From contig OZ024751.1 in assembly GCA_964016885.1 (NCBI GenBank), positions 9,548,001 through 9,612,000 of the forward strand: a stretch of DNA of 64,000 nucleotides, given 5' to 3'. The notes beneath the pieces are model-generated. The model did no database searches. It worked only from the letters and a program-made list of their open reading frames with translations, and was not told where the DNA came from. Source of the DNA: Eledone cirrhosa. Lineage: Eukaryota. This document shows, piece by piece, positions 1 to 13,453 of this stretch (position 1 is its first letter; every line of letters starts with the position of its first letter). The position numbers and the translations under genes were made by a program.

Positions 1-244
1 CGTCATTCTCCTGATTCAATCTTGCGCAGGAATATAAAGTAAACCCCCAAAATTATATGATACCTTTTAACTGCCAATAAATTACTATAAATATTAATAT
101 GTCTTCGAGGAACCAAATTTATTTGAATAAAATATTAATAACTTTAGGAAAGTGAAATTCGGTAGTTCTATTTGATTTAATTTTTTATCTAGTTATGCAT
201 ACAAAAAAATAACAAAAACAAGCAGACACAAAAATATATATTGG

Positions 245-669
<425 letters not shown>

Positions 670-879
670 CTAAGGTGGGATTAATTATAAGTTGTATTGA
701 ACGTAGGTGTATAGTTTACTCTTTTACCTGTTGCAGCCATCCGGCTGAGGCCATGATTTGTTTAATGCTAGGTCTTCGTAAGACGCTACTCGGAGTTTCT
801 CGATGTCTGTGTAAGGTTCTGTACATTAGTCTGTCTCAATAAATCTATTTATTTTCAATGAGTTTGTGTAGAGGTAGGA

Positions 880-1545
880 AGTGTAGAGGTGTTTCCAGTG
901 TACCAGGATGGACCTGCCTTGGTTTAGAGGTGTTTGACTGTACCAGGATGGATTTGTCGAGGTGTGTAGCAGGATGGACCTTTCGTAGTGTAGAGGTTTT
1001 TCCATGGTACCAGGATGGATCTGTCGTGGTTTAGTGGTGTTCACAGGGCACCAGGATGGACCTGTCGGGGTGTGGAGGTATTTGACTGTACCAGAATGGA
1101 TTTGTCGAGGTGTGGTGGTCTTTGACTGTACCAGCATGGATTTGTCGAGGTGTGTAGCAGGATGGACCTTTCGTTGTGTAGAGGTTTTTCCAGTGTACCA
1201 GGATGGATCTGTCGTGGTTTAGAGGTGTTCCCAGGGCACCAGGATCGACCTGTCGGGGTGTGGAGGTATTTGACTGTACCAGGATGGACCTTTCGTAGTG
1301 TAGAGTTTTTCCAGTGTACCAGGATAGATCTGTCGTGGTTTAGAGGGGTTCCCAGGGCACCAGGATGGACCTGTCGGGGTGTGGAGGTATTTGACTGTAC
1401 CAGGATGGACCTTTCGTAGTGTAGAGGTTTTTCCATGGTACCAGGATGGATCTGTCGTGGTTTAGTGGTGTTCCCAGGGCACCAGGATGGACCTGTCGGG
1501 GTGTGGAGGTATTTGACTGTACCAGAATGGACCTGTCACGGTGTA
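880..1545. repeat. GC-richer minisatellite, ~38-40 bp subunits (ccaggatggacctgtcggggtgtggaggtatttgactgta and variants) with higher-order alternation
   Basis: The anchor ccaggatgga recurs about every 38-40 bp with several alternating variant subunits. Confidence 0.9.
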
Positions 1546-1604
1546 TTCAGAGATGTTTGTCGTGAAGCTGCACGAGAAGACCAAGAGTAACTAAATCACC
1601 TATT

Positions 1605-2260
1605 TTGAACACACACAGACAGAGGACACACACGTACACACACACAGATACAGACAGATACAAGACACACACAGAGACAAGACAAACACAGACAAGACAC
1701 ACACACAGATATAAGACACACACAGAGACAAGACACATAGACACACACACAGATACAAGACACACACACAGACAAGACACACACACACAGACAAGATACA
1801 TACACACACACAGAGAGAGAAGACACACACAGAGACAAGACATATAGACACACACACACAGACAAGACACACACAGAGACAAGACACATACACACACACA
1901 CAGAGACAAGACACATACTCACACATAGAGAGACAAGACACACACACACAGAGACAAGACACATACACACACATAGAGAGACAAGACACATACACACACA
2001 CAGAGACAAGACACATACACACACACACAGAGACAAGACACACACACACAGAGACAAGACACATACACACACACACAGAGACAAGACACATACACACACA
2101 CACAGAGACAAGACACATACACACACACACAGAGACAAGACACATACACACACACAGAGAGACAAGACACACACACACAGAGACAAGACACATACACACA
2201 CACACAGAGACAAGACACATACACACACACAGAGAGACAAGACACATACACAGAAACACA
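1605..2260. repeat. Minisatellite (cacacacacagagacaagacacata)n, ~24-28 bp
   Basis: gagacaagacac recurs throughout, separated by variable CA runs. Confidence 0.9.
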
Positions 2261-2529
2261 GAAAATACGACTGATACAAAAACTACAAAACCCCAGCTAA
2301 TGATGTGAAATATCTCTAATATATGTTATGCCATAAATAGATAATTCAGTAGTAATAAGTCTTTTCAAAGTTGCAGACATTCTACAGTGGAAATATGTCG
2401 TCGATGTCTCAACACAATTTGAAGATTTTATAAAATTAACTGAGAATATTATTGAAATTAACTTATTTAGATCTATGATCCTATTTCTTTAACACCCATG
2501 TACATTGAAGGCGGTTAATTAAGTTCATA

Positions 2530-2794
2530 TGAGTAAGCAACAGCAAGACAACCGTGATGATGATGGTGATGACGGTGATGGTGATGATGATGATGATGAT
2601 GATGATATCGTAGTTCAACAGCAAGACAACCGTGATGATGATGGTGATGATGGTGATGATGAGGATGATGATGATGATGATGATGATATCGTAGTTCAAC
2701 AGCACGACAACCGTGATGATGATGATTATGATGATGATGATGAGGATGATGATGATGATGATGATGATATCGTAGTTCAACAGCACGACAACCG

Positions 2795-2828
<34 letters not shown>

Positions 2829-2854
2829 ATCGTAGTTCAACAGCAAGACAACTG

Positions 2855-2885
<31 letters not shown>

Positions 2886-3345
2886 ATCGTAGTTCAACAG
2901 CAAGACAACCGTGATGATGATGATGATGATGATGATGATATCGTAGTTCAACAGCAATACAACTGTGATGATGATGATGATGATGGTGATGATGATATCG
3001 TAGTTCAACAGCAAGACAACTGTGATGATGATGATGATGATGATGATATCGTAGTTCAACAGCAAGACAACTGTGATGATGATGATGATGATATCGTAGT
3101 TCAACAGCAAGACAACCGTGATGATGATGATGATGATGATGATGATATCGTAGTTCAACAGCAAGACAACCGTGATGATGATGATGATGATGATATTGTA
3201 GTTCAACAGCAATACAACTGTGATGATGATGATGATGATGATGATGATATCGTAGTTCAACAGCAAGAAAACCGTGATGATGATGATGATGATAATTGCT
3301 TATACGTTTACTGCCAATCCACCGCCCTCATGATGATGATGATGA
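2530..3345. repeat. Composite array: constant 27-nt unit atcgtagttcaacagcaagacaaccgt alternating with variable (GAT)n
   Basis: About 13 copies of the constant unit; it produces the Asp-rich ORF 2529..3374. Confidence 0.9.
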
Positions 3346-3350
3346 TAATA

Positions 3351-3574
3351 ATTGTTTCTACTGGAGTAAAATAAAGTACCAGTAATGCACTGTGAAATTG
3401 CTGGCCTTGTGCCAGCAATTACACCAGTGCATTGCTGGTACTTTATTTTATCGACCCCGTAATGATGAAAAGCAAAGTTAACCTCAGCGGAATTTGAACT
3501 CAGAAAGGCAAGGGCCGTAACTCTATGCGTCAAAGCATGGCGTCCGACCCTCTGCCGATACTGCCAATTCACCT
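3351..3574 (-). mobile_element. tRNA-derived SINE (family 1) with an internal inverted duplication
   Basis: Reverse complement of the family at 12443, 19928 and 22998; A-box-like tggcagtatcgg and B-box-like gagttcaaattcc on the minus strand. Confidence 0.85.
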
Positions 3575-4071
3575 CCCTCTACCATGATAATAATGATAGT
3601 TGAAATATCGTAGTTTGATATACCTTTCATAAATATATTAAACAAATATTATTTGTTAGTTAATAAAATAAAATATATCTTTCAAACTTATATATATATA
3701 ACCTATAGTGTAATATATATATTACACTATTACATCAAAACACGTATACGTACTTTTATTACCTGTACAGGCAATATTTATTAGACTGCTGTTTAAGTAT
3801 GTATACATTTTTTGGGGGGGGACACCATGTATATATGTATATATATATATATTATATATATATATTATATTATATTATATTATATTATATTATATATATT
3901 ATTTGAAGTTTTTTGGTAAAGAATATTTAGAAAACTATATCGTTGTATCTATAACAAAGGTTTCATTCCATTTTAACATTTCCTGCTCTATTTCACTTCT
4001 CTTCCTAGTCACTCACTAACACATTGTATCAAATCATGTATTTCCGGCATATATATTTGTGTGAGTTTAAC

Positions 4072-4134
<63 letters not shown>

Positions 4135-4175
4135 ACGTATTTGTTTGTGTGTACACATATATATACATATATATG

Positions 4176-4335
4176 AGGGCCGGTTCAATTAGGGGTAACC
4201 ACAGTTAGTAAGGAACTCAGTATATTAGTAGAGTGTAAGCTTCTAGTTTACCATAGAAATGGGCTCTTCAGGAATAGAACTGCTTAATTCAGAAGAATGA
4301 AACAGTTCTAGTCCTCTAGAAGCCCTTTCTATGTA

Positions 4336-4340
<5 letters not shown>
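4176..4340. mobile_element. Short TA-flanked repeat, family A (ggggtaaccacagt...gaatgaaacagttctagtcc), fold-back copy
   Basis: Shares ggtaaccacagt..agtaagg and gaatgaaa(c/g)agttctagtc with 40319-40443 and 44050-44187; hairpin 4252-4333. Confidence 0.7.
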
Positions 4341-4370
<30 letters not shown>

Positions 4371-4378
<8 letters not shown>

Positions 4379-5206
4379 GATCGAGTATCGAAAAATCGGC
4401 GCACGAGTTCACGATAAACAAGATTCGAAATGAGCGGCAGAGGGCTCAATAATTCAGATGAATCAGAGCTATAACTATCGTTAAAATACCGTCACATATA
4501 GAACAAGTCTACAATCAACCATACGATAAAAAATCGATAAAGGAAGATTCGGGACAAACAGATAAAAAATATCAATAAAACAATACGTCAATAATTTAAA
4601 TGAATGTAAAATCATACCCGGACCCACTAGACAGGTGTTAAATCTAGCTTCATGGGTTTCTGTAAATCCTTAGACTGTACTCTATCAGCTCACATATAAA
4701 TATAAAAGCCTACTAGAGTAAGCGGAACGGAGTTTACTTTCTCAACGAGCTTTTTTCCTGGCGGTAGAGGGGCTAACTACCAGTGAAAAACGCACATGGC
4801 ATTAGACAAGGGAGATAACCTCTATATCCGCGAAAACAATTCGAGGGAATGTGGAAATACACATATCGAATAAGAGTGCTCAATAGACATGTTAAAATAA
4901 AACAAAAGCTATTCATCACTCAATAGAATCGACAAAAAATGAGCAATAAAATTAACTGGTGGATAGCTATGTCCAGAGCTAAATATATTAGAAAGATCGA
5001 GTATCGAAAAATCGGCGCACGAGTTCACGATAAACAAGATTCGAAATGAGCGGCAGAGGGCTCAATAATTCAGATGAATCAGAGCTATAACTATCGTTAA
5101 AATACCGTCACATATAGAACAAGTCTACAATCAACCATACGATAAAAAATCGATAAAGGAAGATTCGGGACAAACAGATAAAAAATATCAATAAAACAAT
5201 ACGTCA

Positions 5207-5209
<3 letters not shown>
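4371..5209. mobile_element. Non-coding element with 223-bp identical direct repeats (4371-4593 and 4987-5209), flanked by (TA)n; pseudo-LTR-like
   Basis: The two 223-nt segments read identical, 616 nt apart; no ORF; no TG...CA LTR termini. Confidence 0.75.
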
Positions 5210-5260
<51 letters not shown>

Positions 5261-5535
5261 TTCAGATGGCGAAGACATTTGGCAAGCTGAAGCACTTCAG
5301 TATTTAGGATTCTATCCTGCTAACAGATTCCAAAGTTGCGGCTGAGGCAACAGAGATGGAAACTGTTTAGTCTCTTCGCTTGGGTTGAATATGTGATCCA
5401 CGTTTCACGAGAGTAGAGTAGCGTTCTTAGAACGGAAGCTCTGTTCACCTGCATCGTGATGTTGTCAGTACAGATTTTGTTTCTCCAAACCCTCTTGTGA
5501 AGTTTAGACATGACCACGCCTGGCTCGCTCATTTT
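5261..5535 (-). mobile_element. RTE-clade LINE RT C-terminal fragment (inverted 5' segment)
   Basis: Translation KLHKRVWRN...VLRTLLYSRETW...KRLNSFHLCCLSR...DRILNTEVL matches the RTE RT thumb region pattern (TLLYGxETW). Confidence 0.85.
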
Positions 5536-5537
5536 CA

Positions 5538-6226
5538 CCGAATGGAGAACGGCTGCATTCCTAAAGAGCTGTTGTACGGCGAACTATCTAGCTCTCTAGG
5601 CCGTTGCCGGCTAATATTTAAAGATATATTGAAACGAGACAGGCAAAGAACATAAATTGATATATTGTCCTGGGAAAGCTTCCCGGACTCACGTGGATCC
5701 TTGAAATGCGCCATGCAGAGAGTGGTGTAACAAGCAGAAAGAAATCATATCAAGTTGTTGAGGAGAAAAGGAACCACGCAGGTGTCAAATTCTTTAAAGC
5801 AAGTAGCATCTGAATATATCTATCCTTGATGCAGTAGAGCAGAGGTTATCAAACTTTTGGGCCACCCATCCCCCTCACGGCCACATAATACGCTCAGCGC
5901 CCCTAACCCTATTTCCAGAGAGGCCTTCCTAAATACAAATTTTAAATAATATATAATAAATAAAATTATTAATTTTTATATAATAAATAATATAATATAT
6001 ACTATGTATATATATTTTTTTTATTTTAATATATTTATATTTAATATGTATCAATTGATATTTAATATACTATTATATCATCTCTACCACCCCTTAGGCC
6101 CTTGCACTTTCTGGACCCTCTCAACGCCCGCAGAGGTGGGGGTCGGTAGCGCCCGCTTTAAGTAACTCTGCAGTAGAGATTGCCACTCCAACATCGGCCT
6201 ACACAGCCACAGCAGGAAATGCTGAT
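5538..6226 (+). mobile_element. RTE-clade LINE 3' segment, interrupted by a hAT MITE
   Basis: RMENGCIPKELLYGEL...GRCRLIFKDILKRD...SWES; C-terminal Zn-finger-like CSR|DCHSNIGLHSHSRKC* resumes after the MITE. Confidence 0.8.
5840..6170. mobile_element. hAT-type (Charlie-like) MITE with 8-bp TSD cagtagag
   Basis: TSD cagtagag at 5832-5839 and 6171-6178; degenerate TIRs cagaggttatcaaac / ctttaagtaactctg; removing it restores the LINE motif. Confidence 0.85.
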
Positions 6227-6852
6227 AAATGTAAAATAACCACATTTTGTAACATCTATTAAATCGACATCATTACATGACAGTAACTTGTTTTATTGAT
6301 ACTTGAGGGAAGACTGTTGAAGTAGAACCCTGATGAGATTTTTTCACGGCCTGTCTTTTTCTCCCAAACTCTCTCCATTCCGGCACAGAGCGAACACATT
6401 TATAAGAGTCAGGTATACTCCAGCAAATTAAAGCCAACATTGAAGCTCTATTAGAATTCGCATGTAAAGTAAAGGAAGAAAATTAATGAAAATGAGACGA
6501 CAACACTAACGTTATTGCAATGAAAGTAATAACATTGGCTCTTTATTGCATACACTAATATAACTGTAGCTGCATTACCTTAGATACACTGAAGTATCAT
6601 ACAGGAATACGTATACTATACAGGGAATAGATTAGAATGTTGAGGTACTCTTAAACGTTTTTATCTTCAAAGCAGTGGCTGATATTACAGTTTAACCAAT
6701 AGTAACCCTTCCCTTTATATATAAATAGGTCGACACGCAATAAATATTTTTCATATGTAAACGAAACTTCCCCGTTTTGTCTATTAGATACACTCTGCTT
6801 GTACATAGAGTGCTTGATTTGTACCAACACCAGTATTTCACCGTACTACCTA

Positions 6853-6920
<68 letters not shown>

Positions 6921-7319
6921 TTACACACACATATGTATTGACGATCACGTGATTGGGTATAGAATGTTGTAATTTTTATGTTAAAACTTTGAAGAATCAT
7001 GGTTCAGTTAATATGGCCAGTGACAATCAATACCAAAAGAATTCCAATCTTTGTTGGAGTGTCAAGTAACAGACGTCTATTCCTAATCATGAGAATGTCC
7101 CATCCAATCAAATTGTACTTTAAACAGATAACAAATGGAGTCACTTTTTTGTATAGAACGGAAAGAATTTCCCAACACCTGTCAAATGCGAGACACATCA
7201 TGACATAGAAATCTCTCCTTTTCACTTAGATTTTAAAAATCACGTAATTGTAAAACCGGTAACGTTATTGTAAGTAAATATTCGTAAAGACTTCAATAGC
7301 ATTATCATCTTCTTTTCCC

Positions 7320-7351
<32 letters not shown>

Positions 7352-9041
7352 AGTGTGTCAATGGAAAAATAACGGATCCATACCTCGAACGTACGTTTCG
7401 TTAGCCTGGAGAACCAACCTTTTAACCATTACCGGTGGAAGTAAACCGTAAATATGTAAGTATTCGCTTATTCACTGTGCCAGATATTTTCCTTAAGACT
7501 TTCTTTAGGAGTATTCCAAGTCCTATTAGTTAAAGATATATAAGACGTATATAGAGATATAATAACACAAGGTCGTTTTAATAATCACACATATGTGTAT
7601 ATATTATAGCGATTGATACTTGCTTGGATTGTGTTAGACAACTACGTGTTGCTTTTGCTGTTGGTGATGTATGGCCACAGTTCAACCGAGTTCTAGCACA
7701 CGTATGATTTAGGACAACCGAGATATCAATATACCACTTCATTTTTAGCTGTATTATATCTAGAACTGCATTAATCAATTCGTCCTTCATTTTAAAAGAC
7801 AATAGGCCTCTAATTCTATGTGGTGTTACAATAGTGTAGGAAAGGTTCCTGTTGTCTCAAGGTGAGAAATTTGATAGAGAAGTGATGTGTATCTTCCAAA
7901 TGGATCTTCGGTTCGTCATTGAGAAAGACAACGGTAGTAACTATATATCACATGGTGATGTGTTTCGTTGTTATAACAATCATTATTAGGATCAATTCCA
8001 TGAATTTCTAATTGGTTTCGAAACTAACTTAAAAACACAAAAGCTAGTGAAAAGGAAAAGCGATAAATATCTTTCAGTTGTTGTTGTTTTTGTTTGGAGC
8101 GGGGGGGGGGGTGATTGTGTAGTATGTTGTTGTTTTTGATGGTAGTGGTGGTGGTGATTGTATAGTATGTTGTTGTTTATTATTTCGGTATTCTTGATTC
8201 TGAATATATAATATCAAATGCTTTTCATTCACGATCCCGTTCTTCTTTTTTATTTTACAGACGAACTTTTCCAATCGTAGTTAGGATTTGGGTGTGAATT
8301 TTTTCTACTTTCTAACAAAGCGAGCTACTCAGGTAACTCTTCTTTCTAACATCTGGACCGTTCGAAATGTCATCAATAAAAACTAGGCAAGTGACACGGT
8401 TTCATTTGAATATCGAAACCCAATCGCTACTTTATCTAAGCTGCGTGAGTGAGCTTGTATCTTAATCTACTTTGTTTGCTTACAAGTCTGTTTTCAAATT
8501 AACTTTTGCGAAGACACTAAACCTACTCGTCTAGCGTATGGACAGATGAAGGATGATAATAAAAGCAATTAGTATTTCCTACTATCTATCACTATACATT
8601 TCACTTTACTGCTTGAAATGCTAGCATAAACTTTAACCTTGTTCGAGAGAAATCAATAGCAGAAACCTAGTAAATTCATTCTTTTCATTAATCTGCTTGC
8701 TAGTAGCACACTACTGTCCAATACAAGTTGGTGGCGGTGATAGGCAAAAGCGGCAGCAAAATTAGATAGGCTGCAATCAACGTGGATGCTATGATAAATA
8801 TCCACATTGTTGCTTAAAACGTCGCTCTTCGCGTTTAAGTGGAACCATAATTCTGAATTACAATTAAAATTGGCAATTTACATCATACATTTAATGAGAT
8901 GTACGGGTGATGTTGTATTATAGTTATTTGCACTTTCCTGCTGAGAAGAATCGACCGGAGCGAACATATCTCTATTATTTCATATGCATATTTATACTCA
9001 CAATATATAAACACAAATATACAAATATATGCGTGTATGCA

Positions 9042-9078
<37 letters not shown>

Positions 9079-9081
9079 TCT

Positions 9082-9151
<70 letters not shown>

Positions 9152-9806
9152 CACAAATTTATATATATACATATATATAAATATTTATATATAAATATGT
9201 TTATATGCGATTATATTTATAAATATATATATGCGTTTACATGTATATAAATATATATATATACGTTTATATATATTGTATTTATATATGTGCATTTATA
9301 AATATATATATATATTCACATGCATTTATATATATATAAAATGTTTATATATTAGACATATACCTATGGGTTGTTTGTGTACAGGTACATAGCATACGTT
9401 TATATATACGGCTCTTTATTCATTTCACTATCACGCACCACATACATCTTCATAATAAGGACACATGCCTGGTAGCTGAATCTCCAAATATGTACAATCA
9501 TGACTATATTAGGAGCATCAATTGTTAGGGAACAACCCATTACACATGCATATTTACATACTTCCATATAGGCATATTAAATCATATCTCTACAAATGTA
9601 AATAAATATGTTTGTGAATATGTGTGTGTGTAAATATATACACACACTCCCAAACAGAAAATGATACATGCATATAGAGAGATATATATAGATGTATATA
9701 TATATATATATAATATATATATTTATATACATACAAGTTACTCTCATATTAACCTGCATAATAACCACATATCAGACAGTACTCTATGCATGGTGGGATT
9801 TATATA

Positions 9807-10019
9807 CAGGGTGACCACAAAAATACTCTGAGCTTGATTATTGCATTGATGTTTACCGAGCCACAAAAGGGACACACATCAAGTGTCTATGATATCAAAC
9901 AATACCACATGAAGCTCTCTCATGTTATGTAATTGTACCCACCAATATTATAAGAATATTGATTTAAGTTTTCATATTACAAGTATTTGAAATCAAGGAT
10001 GGATTTTGTGGTTTCACTG
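9807..10019. mobile_element. Tc1/mariner-type MITE
   Basis: TIRs cagggtgaccacaaaa / ttttgtggtttcactg with TA on both sides. Confidence 0.7.
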
Positions 10020-10689
10020 TATAGATATGTGTTTGTGTGTGTGTGTCCACAAAAGTATATCGTCGTCGTCAATTAGCCTCAGTTAACGGTTCATCGAATA
10101 GATCTATGATGAAATTCATTCCAACCATATCCAACATGTCGTTTCCCAACGTTACAGAGAACCCATAACACAATTATCCAGCATGCGATATTCTAAGAGG
10201 GTAGGGTCTGAAATATGGGAGATTTGGCTGTTGTTTCTAGTCTAAAAAGGTTGTACTACCGTGTAAAGGAGTGCTCGAAGTGATGTTACATTTCGGGAAC
10301 AATCCTGAAGATAAAGGTACTCTATCATTGCTAACACCACAAACATATGTTACCCGAGATTATCAAAACCATTCAAAACCACATGACATGAAATCCAGCC
10401 TCTGGTACAAAGACCTTCTGTTGCCTCTATGTGTCTTTTTCAACTCTACTACAATGTCCTCAATCCCTCAGATGTCGTTGGTCTCCTGCCATCTCAACTA
10501 AAGTACTTCTTTCTCACTCTGCTTTTCTTTTCTCATCACCAGATCCACTACCTATCTCCATCCCCACCCATGAACCACATTAACTTTTCATACAAGCGGC
10601 CAATTGTTATATTTTGAACGGAACATAAAGTCCCATAATTGTCATTTTTATTTAATAACTGTGAAGCCCATGGACAATTCTGGTTCCTG

Positions 10690-10810
10690 TTCTCAGGTCT
10701 GAACAGAAACAACGTGAAATAAAGTATCTTCCTTAAGGACATAAAGCAACGCCGGGAGCGGAGCCAAGTACCTTAGGATCGTGAGCTGAAACACTAAGCC
10801 ATGCGCTTTC
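10690..10810 (-). mobile_element. Decayed tRNA-derived SINE (family 2) fragment
   Basis: caacgtgaaataaagtatcttccttaaggaca resembles caacattaaatgaagtgttttgctcaagagca at ~15710. Confidence 0.5.
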
Positions 10811-11116
10811 AAATATATATATAGAGAGAGAGGTGTATCCATATACATATATATGTGTCTGTGTGATTGTGTATACATGCATGTATGTATATAAGTGTGT
10901 GTGTGATTGTGTATGCATGTATGTATGTGTGTGTGTGTGATTGTGTATGTATGTATGTATGTAAGCATGTGTGTGTGTGTGATTATGTATGCATGCATGT
11001 ATGTATACGTGTGTGTGTGTATATATATATGTACATTTGTGTGTGTATATATATATATACATATATATATATACACATAAATATACATATATATACAGAA
11101 AACACAATACATACAA

Positions 11117-11165
<49 letters not shown>

Positions 11166-11861
11166 CTTCTTTTCGTATTATTAAGAAAATAACAAAATAT
11201 TATGAACGAGCAAAATTGCTCATATATCCATGAATTCATACATAAATAATTACATATGATTATTCATACATATATTAGACATATGAAATTTTTATTCGTT
11301 CATTATTTGTTATTAATTTACATCAATTTCATATAGAGTCCAAATAAGGAAACTCTTTTTCCATATCCCTTAGGATCGCTATTTGATTTGGAGAGATGGA
11401 AAGGAAAACAACTACGTATATTTCATATGGGACTAGAATGTGTTAAAATTGTGCGGAGGGAAAAACGATATTTACATAGAGAGGTTTGATGTTTCAGTTG
11501 ACGTAAGGAATATTTATATGTGAAATGAAGCAGTCTGATGATTATAATTGACGCATAACTTTCAGCTTCGGAACAGCATCCATCGTTTTCATACAAATAT
11601 ACTAGCATCTAGATTATACTATATAGAATTATACCGACGAATATATAATATATATAGTGAGAGAATTATATTTAGAAATGTTTTCCAATTCTAGCCCGCT
11701 CGTCCCCTCAGTCTATCTTATTTCTCATTATTTCTTCTGATAAAGGATTAGCGTAATAAAGTTTAAGACACTCTTCCTGCTATTTCAAGCATTAACCTAA
11801 TATATTCCTTCGATATACTGTACCGATTTTGTTGTTATTTCTGTTTACCTTTTACATACAT

Positions 11862-11901
<40 letters not shown>

Positions 11902-12442
11902 TCAGCATGACACTGTGTGAATGACAAGGGTAACCCTTTGCATTACAGGTACAATTAAACCAATGTGCTTCCAAACAGTTTCCGTTGACATAATTTCACT
12001 CACTAGACATGTGAGGCAATTGTGAGACTTGTATTAGATACCACTGAATGGAATTAAACCCGGGATCTAAAGAAATGCGAAGTGAGGTTGTTAATCATAG
12101 AAAAGCAGCAATTAATAACACTTAATTGACATTTTCCTAATAGTTGGAGAGAGAAAAATAAACGAAAGATTAGCCTTTATTGTTAACGACTTAAAAAGAG
12201 AAAATATATATATTGTATTATACATACAAAAGTCTGAGCCCCAGTATGGCCTCAGTCGGGTGGGTGGAACAGGTAGGAGAATAAATGAATATCAATGTAT
12301 TATACATGCGAATATATAGTATATATACAATTATATATATCAATATATTATATAGAGTTATACTTACCAACATATAATATATATAGAATTATACATACGA
12401 ATATATAATCTATGTAGTATTATATATGCCAATCCACCAGGC

Positions 12443-12630
12443 GGTGGATTGGCAGTATCAGTAGAGGGTCGGACGCCATGCTTCCCAGCATAGTTACGTC
12501 CCTTTACAATCTGAGTTCAAATCCCGCCGAGGTTGACTTTGCCTTTCATCCTTGCGGGGTCGATAAAATAAAGTACCAGTAATGCACTGGGATAATTGCT
12601 GGCCTTGTGCCTAAAGTAGAAACAAGTATT
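12443..12630 (+). mobile_element. tRNA-derived SINE family 1, full length
   Basis: A-box tggcagtatcag, B-box gagttcaaatcc, central gcctttcatccttgcggggtcgataaaataaagtaccag (resembles the Meta/MESC-type SINE core as I recall it; unverified), 3' ggccttgtgcc..agtagaaacaa. Confidence 0.9.
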
Positions 12631-12952
12631 ATATATACCAATATATAATACATATATTATTATACAGATGGATATAATTTATATATAGAATTATACATAC
12701 CATCATATAATATATATAGTATTATACATACGAATATACAATATATATACGTAAAAGGATAACCATCCCATAACTCCTTGTGAATCGTAGAGGCACAGTC
12801 ATAGGGCGTGACTAGGGTACTTTTAAACCTGCCGGAGCCCAACCCTCTCCAGATCTATTGAGGAAGAATCGACCCCAGTACTGGACTGGTACTTTTTTAT
12901 CGACTTCGAAAGGATGAAAGACAAAGAACTATACATACAGATATATAAGATA

Positions 12953-13453
12953 CTAGCAGTGGTACCCGGCGTTGCACGGGATAAGGTACTCTGGAACTCG
13001 GGCCGCCAACAGACCTAATCGTGGAAAAACTACATGCCTGGACAATATGTAAAGAAAATAAACCGAATACTCTGATGGCTGCATAATCTTTAAGATTTTC
13101 CTCGATGAAGCAGGAAAATTGCAGGTTTTCACCTAAGGGGATCAAGAAAACGAATTTTTTTTTATGTGCATAATATACCTTGAAATTTCGGAAAAATCGG
13201 CTAGACGTAACGCCTCAAAAAAGCCCTAAAAAGCTGAAAAAATGAAGTTTTTCACCTTATGCGGGCCCTAGGGGATCAAAAACTATTTTTTATGTGCATA
13301 ACACTCCCTGAAACATAAGTAATACACATGTAAAGTTTGAAAAAAATCGGTTGGGTACTTCTCGAGTTTTAGGGATTCAAATTCACAGACACAGACACAC
13401 ACAGACACACACACACACACACGCACACACATCCTCAGTTTTATATATAGAGA
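12953..13453 (-). mobile_element. Non-autonomous Helitron
   Basis: The minus strand starts TC(TCTATATATAAAA), has an internal (TG)n/(TGTC)n tract and a subterminal hairpin cccgtgcaacgccggg, ends CTAG, and sits between A and T. Confidence 0.85.

Noticed and set aside
2530-3345. CRISPR-like repeat/spacer appearance
   Set aside because: The spacers are (GAT)n microsatellite, the context is eukaryotic, and there are no cas genes.
7383-7450. Possible minus-strand hammerhead (gaaacgtacgttcgagg)
   Set aside because: A stem III-like palindrome is present but no recognisable CUGANGA core; too decayed to call.
10270-10560. Possible CR1/L2-type LINE 3' remnant (SSLW..L..P)
   Set aside because: Motif too short and degenerate to support.
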